Assembly: GCA_050294405.1 (NCBI GenBank)
Contig: JBNKOC010000025.1
Span: 96,001 to 160,000, forward strand
Length of the DNA: 64,000 bases
Direction: 5' to 3'
Source: Fibrobacteria bacterium
GTDB taxonomy: Bacteria > Fibrobacterota > Fibrobacteria > UBA11236 > JADFYW01
The translations under genes were made by a program, and so were the position numbers. Shown here piece after piece: positions 27,955-37,276 of the stretch. Under the pieces are notes generated by a model, which had not been told where the DNA came from, made no database searches, and saw only the letters and a program-made list of their open reading frames with translations. How positions within the stretch are numbered: position 1 is the stretch's first letter; each line of letters begins with the position of its first letter.

Positions 27955-29127
27955 TTAATCTATAACCCCTTTAAAGGATTTTTCCAGATTCTTTTCCCAG
28001 TTGTAATCTGAAAGAATAAGCTCCCTGGCTCTTGTTGCCATTTCACTTAAATTTTCCCGGTTTTCCAAAACCATAAAAAGCGATTGGACAAATTCCATTT
28101 CATTTTTGGCGATGAACAAATGCTTTTTATGTTCACCCTTAATGCCTCCCAAGGCTTCCACCGCCGCCACTGTAATTTTCCCACAGGACAAGGCCTCTAA
28201 AACCTTGTTTTGCATTCCTCTGGCAATGCGCAGGGGAACTACCACAATTTTTGCTTTATAAATTTCATCCCGCATATCTTCCACAAAGCCGGTGACTTTA
28301 ATGTTTGGGTTTTTGCTCAACTCCTTAACTTTGGGGTTGGGGTTGCTCCCCGCAATAATAAATTGAGCCGCGGGAAACTTTTTTAAAACTTCAGGAAAAA
28401 TTTTACTGGCAAACCAACATACCCCATCCACATTGGGGAAATAGTCCATGGCTCCGGTAAATAAGATTCGATAAGGTTCAATTTTGGAGCTGGGCCCCGG
28501 GGAAAAATATTGGTAGTCCACCCCGTTTGGCAATACATCAAAGTTGCCGGTTCCCCCTAATGATTTGAAAATAGCTAGCTCGGCTTCAGTTATAAAAATA
28601 GATTTTTTGCATTGGGAGCTCATGTTCTTTTCAAACTTAAGCAGTCTATTCCCTTCCAACTTAAAAAACCATTTTAAGTAGAAAGGCATTTTTTCACTGT
28701 AGTTAATCCATTTGTAAGAGTCCACATCACAAAAATCCACAAGGGTTTTTTCTTCTTTGCCAACGATGTATTGGCACATTTGCCCCGAAAACACGACGAT
28801 TTTTTGGTAGCCGTATTCTTTGTCCCACTGTTTGATTTTTAATTCAAAATTTTTGTCGTAAAATAAAGACAGGCTCAAGGGCTTTCCTGTAAACATCCCC
28901 AAAAAACCCCGGAATAAATTTTTGAATTTATTCCGGGGGAATAAGGCCACATTTTGGCAATATTTTTGGAGCTCGGATTTGTAATTAAAGTCCTTTTTAG
29001 AATCCACAAAACATATCAAATCCATTTCATACTGTTTCGACAAATATTGGATACTGTGAAAAGAACGGATTTTATCCCCCTTATTGGGAGGGAAGGGGAT
29101 ACGATGGGCGATGTATAAAATTTTCAT
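27955..29127 (-). CDS. GT4 glycosyltransferase, PEP-CTERM/XrtA-system type
   Basis: AHRIPFPPNKGDKIRSF N-terminus; DVDSYKW; ARGMQNKVLEA. Confidence 0.9.
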   Translation of the reverse strand: MKILYIAHRIPFPPNKGDKIRSFHSIQYLSKQYEMDLICFVDSKKDFNYKSELQKYCQNVALFPRNKFKNLFRGFLGMFTGKPLSLSLFYDKNFELKIKQWDKEYGYQKIVVFSGQMCQYIVGKEEKTLVDFCDVDSYKWINYSEKMPFYLKWFFKLEGNRLLKFEKNMSSQCKKSIFITEAELAIFKSLGGTGNFDVLPNGVDYQYFSPGPSSKIEPYRILFTGAMDYFPNVDGVCWFASKIFPEVLKKFPAAQFIIAGSNPNPKVKELSKNPNIKVTGFVEDMRDEIYKAKIVVVPLRIARGMQNKVLEALSCGKITVAAVEALGGIKGEHKKHLFIAKNEMEFVQSLFMVLENRENLSEMATRARELILSDYNWEKNLEKSFKGVID

Positions 29128-30173
29128 GGAAAAAATTTATTTAATATGGGCCCGATAATTTTAGAAGTCCACAGGGGCTGCATGGACCAATATTTAATAA
29201 ACAAGGCGTATTTGGGGTTGGAAGGGTTGATGTTGGGAACTTCCGTGGCCTTGTTTAGTATAAATTGATAGGGCAGCACTTTAGGTTCAAATCCCATATT
29301 TCTTTTAAAATTATAAGAGCCTGTTCCTACACGGCTTTTTCCGAAGTCAAAATATTTATACCCTTTCTTGCCAGCATCGCACATTAAGGCGTAATACATG
29401 TAATTATTCGCCCCCGAATAGTTGGATTCTGGTAAAGAGCCCGAAAAATAAGGGTTGCAAACCTTGTGAAAATAAAAGGTCATAACCCCGCAAACTGGTT
29501 TTCCTTTATCTTTCACAAATAAGATGTTTACTTTATCTCCCAGTACATCCATAATATTTTTGAAATATTTTTTGGGAAAAACCGGAGTACCTAATTTTTT
29601 AAGGTTTATGGCATGTAATTCCCACAAGAGCTCCCAGTCTCTGTTTATTTCATATTCCAGTTTGTATTTGTTAATACTGTGCCTTATGGTGGCTCTTGAT
29701 TTTCGAGGTACTCCTAGAAGATTTTTATCCTCTTCTTCTTCAATTTTTTTAACAAAATTCACGTGAATGTCTATTCCCGGCAAGTCCAACTGATTGGGCA
29801 CGGGGTTTCGAAGGGCCACATATTCCACATTTTCCTGGACTCCCAGCTTTGCAGCCGCATCAGCCAACATTTTTTCGGCTGCGGTATCCGAGGCCAGAAT
29901 CCCCCCATAAACAGTATAAGGAGTAGAATACAAACCAGCCTTACCGGATAAACCTTTGGCCTTTTGCAAAATTAAATTGCCCTGTATCTTTCCATCCTCT
30001 CCTTCCACGGCGAATAAAAAATAGGGCAAACCAAAGCTTCTGGATAAAACTTCATTCCAATATAAAGAGTGAAAGATGGTGCCATTTGGATTTTCTTCCA
30101 TAACATAACGGTTCCATTTTTCTGCAAAATCCGTACTAGGTGGCTGGCTGTTTGTAAAGGAATGTAATTTCAT
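29124..30173 (-). CDS. FemAB-related GNAT-fold protein, PEP-CTERM system-associated
   Basis: RKSRATIR, LGTPVFPKKYF, FDFGKSRVGTG..FK, NPSNPKY. Confidence 0.88.
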   Translation of the reverse strand: MKLHSFTNSQPPSTDFAEKWNRYVMEENPNGTIFHSLYWNEVLSRSFGLPYFLFAVEGEDGKIQGNLILQKAKGLSGKAGLYSTPYTVYGGILASDTAAEKMLADAAAKLGVQENVEYVALRNPVPNQLDLPGIDIHVNFVKKIEEEEDKNLLGVPRKSRATIRHSINKYKLEYEINRDWELLWELHAINLKKLGTPVFPKKYFKNIMDVLGDKVNILFVKDKGKPVCGVMTFYFHKVCNPYFSGSLPESNYSGANNYMYYALMCDAGKKGYKYFDFGKSRVGTGSYNFKRNMGFEPKVLPYQFILNKATEVPNINPSNPKYALFIKYWSMQPLWTSKIIGPILNKFFP

Positions 30174-30183
30174 TCAATCCTCT

Positions 30184-31305
30184 TTAAGGTAACTGCAGCG
30201 CCCCAACGGGATTTTCCATTAGGGTAGAACGCTTAATTTTTTGAGCAGGATGTTTATACTGGTATTCCAGGCCTAAATCAAGGCCGTGGATTTGGGGAAG
30301 CTTTTCCCCCTTGTAATTTTCTTGAACTCTATTGGGCAAATAATAATTGAGGCTATCCAAAGGCATAAAATCAGAAATTTGAACCTTAATATTAGAGGGT
30401 GAATCCACAAAGGGAACCGAAAAAATTCCATTTCCGGCATACAAATTATTGAGCAATACTGCTTTGTCTTGAAAATTTTTGAGACGGATAAATTTGCTTC
30501 CAGGATATTCACTGACTAAAGTGTTATTTACAGCCACAAACTTATTTTCCTGATGCTTAATGCCTTCAGCCCCATAACTGATAAGAGCCTCATTTTGGGC
30601 CCGGAGTCCTTTGTGTAAAATGTTTCCCTTAATAAGGGCTATGCCTCCGTTGGGCAAATCTATTCCGTAGCTGGAATTACCCGTTTTTTCATCGGCGATG
30701 TAATTAAACTCAATAATATTTTTAGCTGCTCTGGATTTAACATTGTGGCCAATTTTTGTTAAACGGCTAATGCAAAAGCTCAGGCTAAACTCACTCACCC
30801 TTTGCGATAGGTAAATGTTGTGGCTGTATCCGTCTCCGTGGCCATTGTTTTCAAAAATGCTGTGCTCCACCCGCAGAATTCCTTTACCACCCAGGATGCC
30901 ATTTTCGTTGTGGTGGAAATAACAGTTCTGTATGGCCAGGTTTTCTCCCTCAGCCCTAATCCCGGCCCCGTTTTTATCTTCCACTTTTGCGCCGGTGAAT
31001 TCGATTCCTTTTATAAGAGCATTGTTTCCCTGAACTACCCAAATAGCCTTCTTGTTGGAAATTTGCGGGGCCTGCATTTTGGCGTACCCGCTGTCGCAAA
31101 ACAAAGTTAAAGATGAAGCTCTCCAAACGGCCTCTGCATTGGGATAATTTCCTGGACTAAACTCTACACTGTCCCCATCAGCAACCATTTTGCTTAAGTT
31201 TTTAAAATCTGCGGGAATATTCCCAAAGCCTATTTTGTGCAATTTGCCATGACTTGGAAGTATTCCAACTAAAATAAGTGCGAAAAAAGAGGTTTTAAAA
31301 GGCAT
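30184..31305 (-). CDS. Secreted right-handed parallel beta-helix protein (pectate-lyase-like fold)
   Basis: Signal peptide; GAKVEDKNGAGIR, FHHNENGIL, GDGYSHNIY, GHNVKSRA, IDLPNGG. Confidence 0.75.
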   Translation of the reverse strand: MPFKTSFFALILVGILPSHGKLHKIGFGNIPADFKNLSKMVADGDSVEFSPGNYPNAEAVWRASSLTLFCDSGYAKMQAPQISNKKAIWVVQGNNALIKGIEFTGAKVEDKNGAGIRAEGENLAIQNCYFHHNENGILGGKGILRVEHSIFENNGHGDGYSHNIYLSQRVSEFSLSFCISRLTKIGHNVKSRAAKNIIEFNYIADEKTGNSSYGIDLPNGGIALIKGNILHKGLRAQNEALISYGAEGIKHQENKFVAVNNTLVSEYPGSKFIRLKNFQDKAVLLNNLYAGNGIFSVPFVDSPSNIKVQISDFMPLDSLNYYLPNRVQENYKGEKLPQIHGLDLGLEYQYKHPAQKIKRSTLMENPVGALQLP

Positions 31306-31517
31306 AGTTGAGGAAACGAAAATTATCTTTCATGAAAATTAAATATTCAGGACCTAAATTTTATTATTTTTTACCAATTTTAAGCTAAACCTTGAGGTTT
31401 TATTTTTGCAATTTTAGAAAAATAACCTTTTTTAAATGCTCAAAATGTTAAAATAAATTTTCTCTAGTTTAACGGATAATTTACCTAATTTCCAGTTCAA
31501 TATAAATCAGTAAAAGC

Positions 31518-33398
31518 ATGTGTGGAATAACAGGACATATTAATTTCAGCGGGTCAATGAACCCCAGTGTCGAACTGTTGTCCCAAATGAGTTCAAAAAT
31601 TTACCATCGGGGTCCCGATGAGGCGGGTACCAAATTGATGGGCTCTGCGGGCTTTGGACACCAGCGGCTGAGCATTATTGATTTATCCAGCGGGCAACAG
31701 CCTATGGTGGATAACGAGTCTGACTGCATGGTCGTCTTTAATGGAGAAATTTACAATTTCGAAGATATCCGCAACGAGTTAAAAAATCTGGGACACAATT
31801 TTTTGACCTCCAGCGATACGGAAGTTTTATTAAAAGGCTATATCCATTGGGGAGAGTTGGTAATCGACAAGCTAAATGGAATGTTCGCCTTTGCTATTTG
31901 GGATAACAAAAAGAAAAAACTGTTTGCGGCGCGTGACAGGTTAGGTAAAAAACCCTTTTATTATTGTTACAGGGATGGATGCTTGATTTTTGCTTCCGAG
32001 CTAAAGGCTATGTTAGTGAATCCCCTGGTAAAAAAGGAAATAGACTACGGGGAAATTTATAACTTTTTTTGCTACAACTATATTCCGGCCCCGGGCACCA
32101 TCTTTAAACAGGTAAAAAAATTGCGCCCCGGGCATATGCTTGTAGCGGAACCCGGCCATTTTAGCATTAAAAAATACTGGGATGTATATTGCGAACTTCC
32201 CACTGAAATTAAAAAAGACGATGAGTATATTGATGAGTTAGAGGCGCTGCTAAAAGATTCTGTTCGCATGCGAATGATAAGTGATGTGCCCCTGGGCGGT
32301 TTTTTGAGCGGCGGAATAGATTCCAGCACGGTGATTTCCATTATGGCAGGGTTGTCTGAAAATCCGGTAAAAACTTTTTGTATTGATTTCGAAGAAAAAG
32401 GTTACTCCGAAGCTCCATTTGCCAAAATGGTCGCGGACAAATATAAAACGGAACACCACGAGTTTACGGTTAAATCAGAAGCCTTAAAAATTATACAGGA
32501 TTTAGCCTGGCATTTTGACGAGCCCTATGCGGACAGTTCTGCCTTGCCAACATATTATGTAAGCAAAATGGCCCGGGAAAATGTGACTGTGGTTTTGTCT
32601 GGAGATGGGGGCGATGAGCTATTTGCTGGGTATAACCATTATTTTTCCGAAAACCATTTGCTAAAATACGATTACATCCCCAAGTGGATTCGCGAAAACA
32701 TTATCGGAAAGTTAGGTAGAAGCCTGCCCATTGACGCTTTTGGCCGCAACACTTTAATTGGAATTGGCGATTTGGAAGAATGGAGCGACAACCGGGTGGT
32801 GCAGATATTCCCTCCCTTAATAGATAAGTTGCTTTCGCCAGATTTGTTTTCAGAATACCATAAAAACCATCCGGAAATAGAGCTGATGGAATATTGGCCC
32901 CACAACCACGAATTGGCCCGTTTAAGCCAAATGCAATATTCCGATTTAAAATTGTATTTGCCCGATGACATTTTAATGAAAGTGGATAAAATGTCCATGG
33001 CGCATTCTTTGGAAACCAGAGCTCCTTTGCTGGATTATCGCATTGTGGAGTTTGCCTTTTCTATCCCGGCCGAAGTGCATGTTAAGGATGGGAAAGGAAA
33101 ATATATCCTGAGAAAACTGGCGGAAAGGTATTTGCCAGAAGAATTGCTCCATAGAAAAAAGCAGGGTTTTGCAGTGCCCCGGGATGTTTGGTTCCGAGGC
33201 GAATTAAAAGACTATGCTTATGAAATGCTAACCTCAGATCGCTTTAAGCAGCGCGGTATTTTTCAGAATAAAACCGTAAAAGCCATATTGGATAAACATG
33301 TTGCTGGAAAACGCGATTTTAGTACCTGGATTTGGTGTATGCTAATGCTTGAAAATTGGTTTCAGGTATTTATGGATGAAGATACCAAAAGGAAATAA
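31518..33398 (+). CDS. asnB: Asparagine synthase-like amidotransferase (glutamine-hydrolysing)
   Basis: MCGI, HRGPD, RLSIID, NGEIYN, FLSGGIDSS, SGDGGDE. Confidence 0.93.
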   Translation: MCGITGHINFSGSMNPSVELLSQMSSKIYHRGPDEAGTKLMGSAGFGHQRLSIIDLSSGQQPMVDNESDCMVVFNGEIYNFEDIRNELKNLGHNFLTSSDTEVLLKGYIHWGELVIDKLNGMFAFAIWDNKKKKLFAARDRLGKKPFYYCYRDGCLIFASELKAMLVNPLVKKEIDYGEIYNFFCYNYIPAPGTIFKQVKKLRPGHMLVAEPGHFSIKKYWDVYCELPTEIKKDDEYIDELEALLKDSVRMRMISDVPLGGFLSGGIDSSTVISIMAGLSENPVKTFCIDFEEKGYSEAPFAKMVADKYKTEHHEFTVKSEALKIIQDLAWHFDEPYADSSALPTYYVSKMARENVTVVLSGDGGDELFAGYNHYFSENHLLKYDYIPKWIRENIIGKLGRSLPIDAFGRNTLIGIGDLEEWSDNRVVQIFPPLIDKLLSPDLFSEYHKNHPEIELMEYWPHNHELARLSQMQYSDLKLYLPDDILMKVDKMSMAHSLETRAPLLDYRIVEFAFSIPAEVHVKDGKGKYILRKLAERYLPEELLHRKKQGFAVPRDVWFRGELKDYAYEMLTSDRFKQRGIFQNKTVKAILDKHVAGKRDFSTWIWCMLMLENWFQVFMDEDTKRK

Positions 33399-33407
33399 GG
33401 AAACAGA

Positions 33408-35267
33408 ATGTCTGGATTTGCTATTAAAGTGTTTAAAGATAATGGCCGCCCTGCTAATGCCGATGAAGTGGAGGCTATGGTTTCTGTTTTCAAAAATCAA
33501 AGAAGCCAGGTGCGAACAGACGTTTTTAATAACATAGCCTGTGTGGTAGCAGACAGTTTTCTGCAAAGACCGGAACGTTTTGTTTTTGACTCCGCTGATT
33601 TGCTGGTGGTTTGCGACGCTGAAATTTTCAACTATGAAGATTTTTTTGAAGGAATTCCCGATCCAAATTGGAGCGAAGCGGAATTAATCGCCCGACTGTA
33701 TCAACAATCCCCAGAAAGTTGGTTCTCCAAAATAAACGGCGCTTTTGTGGCCTTTGTATGGGATAAAAAATCAAAGGATATGCTTTTTTACGCCGATAAA
33801 ATTGGGGTGAAAAGGTTAATGTATACAGAGACCAAGGAATATATTTGCGTTTCCAGCCGTTTAAAATGCCTGTCCGATTTGGATGAGGTGGATAAATCAT
33901 TAAATCCACAGGCCATATACTCTTTTTTAGCCATGGAAATGATTCCCACACCATTTACCATTTTCAAGGGAATTCACAAGCTGGAAAGCGGACACTTGCT
34001 TAAATTTAATTCGGAAGTGAAAATTGAAAAGTATTGGAATATGAAATATTCCGAGGCTAAAATCACCGATGAAGCCCAGCTTAAAGAAGAAATTTACAAC
34101 AGGTTAAAATCTGCGGTTAAGCTACAGGTCAACTATAGGGCCAATATCAATGATGTTGGCGCTTTTTTAAGCGGCGGAACCGATTCTTCCAGCATAGCCG
34201 GCCTTTTAAATGAATTGTATCCTGGTGAGGCAAAAACGTTTTCTATTGGCTTTGATGAATCTGGCTTTGATGAAATGGAATTCGCCCGTATTGCGGTAAA
34301 AGCCTACGATACCAAACATACGGAATATTATGTCACCAAAGAGGACGTACTAAACACCCTTGATGTTATGGTAGGACATTACGATGAGCCTTTTGGAAAC
34401 TCCTCAGCTATCCCCTCCTTTCACTGTTCCAGCCTGGCCAGAGAACAGGGTCTAAAAATAATGATGGGCGGCGATGGAGGAGATGAAATTTTTGGAGGCA
34501 ATTCCCGCTATGTGGAAGTGTTTAAACACTTTAGCCGTTATCCCCAATGGATGGTGGATTATGTATTTACTCCAGTATTGACCATTTGTCCCGAACCGCT
34601 TAAAATTGATTTTCTGAAAAAAATTGAAAATTACGTGGTCCGTTCTAAAAAACCGCTTTGGGGTAAGATACATGGCTTTTCGTTGAATTATTACTTTAAA
34701 GACTCAGATATATACGCAACTTCTTTTTTGAATTCCCAAAAATTACTCACTCCGGAAGATATTTCGGAAAAATACATCAGAGCGGCAGATACCAATTCTC
34801 CTCTGGATCAGTTTTTGTTTCACGATTTGAAAATAACTCTAATGGATAATGATTTGGTTAAAGTGGGGCAAATGGCGGATTCCGCGGGAATGGAAATCCG
34901 TTATCCCTTTTTAGATAACCAATTAGTGGAGTACACAGGACAAATCGAACCTGGTTTAAAAATTAAAGACGGGTATTTGCGTTATATATTTAAAGGGTCC
35001 ATGTCCAAATTATTACCAAATGAAATTATTAATAAATCCAAAAAAGGATTTGGCTTGCCAGTGGTTCCCTGGATGTTACGTTCGGGTCCTTTGAACGATA
35101 AACTGGAGTCGGTAATTTTTAGCGACAGCCTAAAAAACAGAGAAATTATTAATCCTAAATTTATTGAAATGTTGTATGGAGAAGCCAAAAAAGACCCGAC
35201 TACATTTTATGGAACTTATTTGTTTTACATTTTTATTTTGGAACTTTGGTTGCAAAAGCATTTATGA
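33408..35267 (+). CDS. Asparagine synthase-related protein lacking the N-terminal catalytic Cys
   Basis: Starts MSGF; synthetase motifs FLSGGTDSS and GGDGGDE and EIRYPFLD are intact. Confidence 0.88.
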   Translation: MSGFAIKVFKDNGRPANADEVEAMVSVFKNQRSQVRTDVFNNIACVVADSFLQRPERFVFDSADLLVVCDAEIFNYEDFFEGIPDPNWSEAELIARLYQQSPESWFSKINGAFVAFVWDKKSKDMLFYADKIGVKRLMYTETKEYICVSSRLKCLSDLDEVDKSLNPQAIYSFLAMEMIPTPFTIFKGIHKLESGHLLKFNSEVKIEKYWNMKYSEAKITDEAQLKEEIYNRLKSAVKLQVNYRANINDVGAFLSGGTDSSSIAGLLNELYPGEAKTFSIGFDESGFDEMEFARIAVKAYDTKHTEYYVTKEDVLNTLDVMVGHYDEPFGNSSAIPSFHCSSLAREQGLKIMMGGDGGDEIFGGNSRYVEVFKHFSRYPQWMVDYVFTPVLTICPEPLKIDFLKKIENYVVRSKKPLWGKIHGFSLNYYFKDSDIYATSFLNSQKLLTPEDISEKYIRAADTNSPLDQFLFHDLKITLMDNDLVKVGQMADSAGMEIRYPFLDNQLVEYTGQIEPGLKIKDGYLRYIFKGSMSKLLPNEIINKSKKGFGLPVVPWMLRSGPLNDKLESVIFSDSLKNREIINPKFIEMLYGEAKKDPTTFYGTYLFYIFILELWLQKHL

Positions 35268-35280
35268 TGAGGAGCTGAAA

Positions 35281-35529
35281 ATGAGTGAGTCACAAAAAGA
35301 AGAAATTAAAAAAATCATCGCCAACACCCTGGGGGGTAATTTTGCCAAAGAGGGAGTGGATGACGATTTGAAATTAGTCGGCAATGTTTTGGATTCCATG
35401 GCGGTGACTCAGGTTATCACTGCTCTTGAAGAAAACATGGGTTTTATGTTTGATGAAGAAGATTTATCTGCGGAAACTTTTGAATCTGTGGAATCGCTGG
35501 TATCTGTTGTAATGGGAAAGCTTGAATAA
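35281..35529 (+). CDS. Acyl carrier protein
   Basis: 82 aa, acidic; LDSM phosphopantetheine site; GAGGAG SD before ATG 35281. Confidence 0.9.
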   Translation: MSESQKEEIKKIIANTLGGNFAKEGVDDDLKLVGNVLDSMAVTQVITALEENMGFMFDEEDLSAETFESVESLVSVVMGKLE

Positions 35530-36373
35530 TAACATGGTGTTAGCCGCCGAGCGCAGCTTTTTTTTTTCGGGAAGCAAAAATCGTCAGATTTATGGTTTTT
35601 TTCAGGAGGCAGTGCGCCAGGTTAAAGGCGCTTTGCTTTATATCCATCCTTTTGCAGAGGAAAAAAATATCAGCCATTATATTATGGCCAATATGCTTCG
35701 CCAGGCTTCTCAAAATGGGTACAGCTCCTTAAGAATCGATTTATCAGGCACCGGCGACAGCGAGTCGGAACTAAACGAAGTAGAGCTTGAAGATTGGCGG
35801 CAGGACATTTTGGCCGCTCTTGAGCAGTTAAAGCAAAAATCTCAGTGTGATAAAGTTTATGTAATGGGGCTTAGAAGCGGATTTAACCTGGGTTTTTGGG
35901 CCTGTGAGCAAAGTTCAATAGAGGTTAATGGTTATTTGGGTTTGCAGCCTTTACCCGACAGTAAGTTATTTATGCAGCAATTTATTCGGCAGAAAATAAG
36001 TACCGAAATTGCCAGTGGAGCTAAAAGCCAAAAGGGCGTAAAGGCCTTAAGGGAAGAATGCAGGGAAAATGGCGTACTGGAAGTAATAGGTTACCCTTTG
36101 GGAGAGGGGCTTTTAAGTGGAATGGAAAAACTTACTGACGATATAAGCGGTCTTGCTTTTCAAGGCCCAATATCTTTGCTATCCATTGGAAGCATGGAGG
36201 CTTCGCCGGTTCCCATGCAGCGCTGGGTGGATAAATTGCGGGAAAACTGTCCAAAAATTCAGTTATTGCACATTATGGAAGAGGGCTTTTGGGATAAATA
36301 TTGGAGTTGGAAGGCGCCAAAAACAGAGTTAATTTTTTTAGAAACGCTTAGGAATTGGGAAAAGGAACTGTAG
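35522..36373 (+). CDS. Exosortase A-associated hydrolase 2-type alpha/beta-fold protein
   Basis: HPFAEEKN, IDLSGTGDS, GLRSG elbow, LEVIGY. Confidence 0.85.
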   Translation: MNNNMVLAAERSFFFSGSKNRQIYGFFQEAVRQVKGALLYIHPFAEEKNISHYIMANMLRQASQNGYSSLRIDLSGTGDSESELNEVELEDWRQDILAALEQLKQKSQCDKVYVMGLRSGFNLGFWACEQSSIEVNGYLGLQPLPDSKLFMQQFIRQKISTEIASGAKSQKGVKALREECRENGVLEVIGYPLGEGLLSGMEKLTDDISGLAFQGPISLLSIGSMEASPVPMQRWVDKLRENCPKIQLLHIMEEGFWDKYWSWKAPKTELIFLETLRNWEKEL

Positions 36374-37276
36374 TTGGAAAAAGTATGGGAAATACCAATG
36401 GGCACCCAAAAATTATTTGGAATAGAACATATTCCCAATAAAAATGTGGAACCGCAAACTGCAGTTTTAATGCTGGTGGGGGGGCCACAAAACAGATTAG
36501 GTAGCCACCGTTCCTATGTTCAAATAGCCCGAGGACTAGCAAAAGCCGGATACCGGGTTTTTCGTTTTGATTATGCTGGACTTGGAGATTCCGCCGGAGA
36601 ATTTATCGGTTTTGAAGGAACTGCTGCTTCTTTGAAATCAGCCCTGGACCATTTAAATAATGCATTTCCTGAGCTTAAAAATATTTGTTTATGGGCCTTA
36701 TGCGATGGGGCTGCCGCCAGCGCCATTTATGCTCCAGCAGACAGAGAGAGAATCAGCTCCATGATATTATGCAATCCCTATGTGCACACAGAAATGGGAC
36801 AAGCAAAGGCTATTCTTAAATATTATTATATTAGCCGCTTTTTCCAGCGGGATTTTTGGATGAAATTATTGGGGTTTAAATTTAATGTATTGGATTCCCT
36901 AAAAGATTTTTTCAAGTTGCTGGGCAAAGGTAAAGCTGCGGAATCTTCAGAACCAGCCACATCCTGCGATCCCCAGAACCCGGTCCAAAAATATGAAGGT
37001 CCTCAATTGCCTAGTTTGGTTATAAATGGGCTGATTCAATTTAAAAAACCTGTCCAATTTATTTTGAGTACGGCAGACCTTACGGCAAAGGAATTTGAAG
37101 AGGCTTTGAAAAAATTTCCGGCCATAACAAGTTATTTTAATACGGGTTTATTTTTAAAAACCCCTGTCCAGGGCTCTGACCATACTTTTTCTCAAATGAT
37201 ATATAAAGAGGATGTTATTAAAAAAACCACAGCTGCGCTTAAAGCGTTTACGGGAACTGCAGAATGGATAAAATAA
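36374..37276 (+). CDS. Exosortase A-associated hydrolase 1-type alpha/beta-fold protein
   Basis: VGGPQNRLGSHR, RFDYAGLGDS, WALCDGA, DLTAKEF, DHTFS. Confidence 0.88.
   Translation: MEKVWEIPMGTQKLFGIEHIPNKNVEPQTAVLMLVGGPQNRLGSHRSYVQIARGLAKAGYRVFRFDYAGLGDSAGEFIGFEGTAASLKSALDHLNNAFPELKNICLWALCDGAAASAIYAPADRERISSMILCNPYVHTEMGQAKAILKYYYISRFFQRDFWMKLLGFKFNVLDSLKDFFKLLGKGKAAESSEPATSCDPQNPVQKYEGPQLPSLVINGLIQFKKPVQFILSTADLTAKEFEEALKKFPAITSYFNTGLFLKTPVQGSDHTFSQMIYKEDVIKKTTAALKAFTGTAEWIK

Noticed and set aside
35164..35280. N-terminal extension of the ACP ORF in the track
   Set aside because: It overlaps the upstream gene; a strong SD supports ATG 35281
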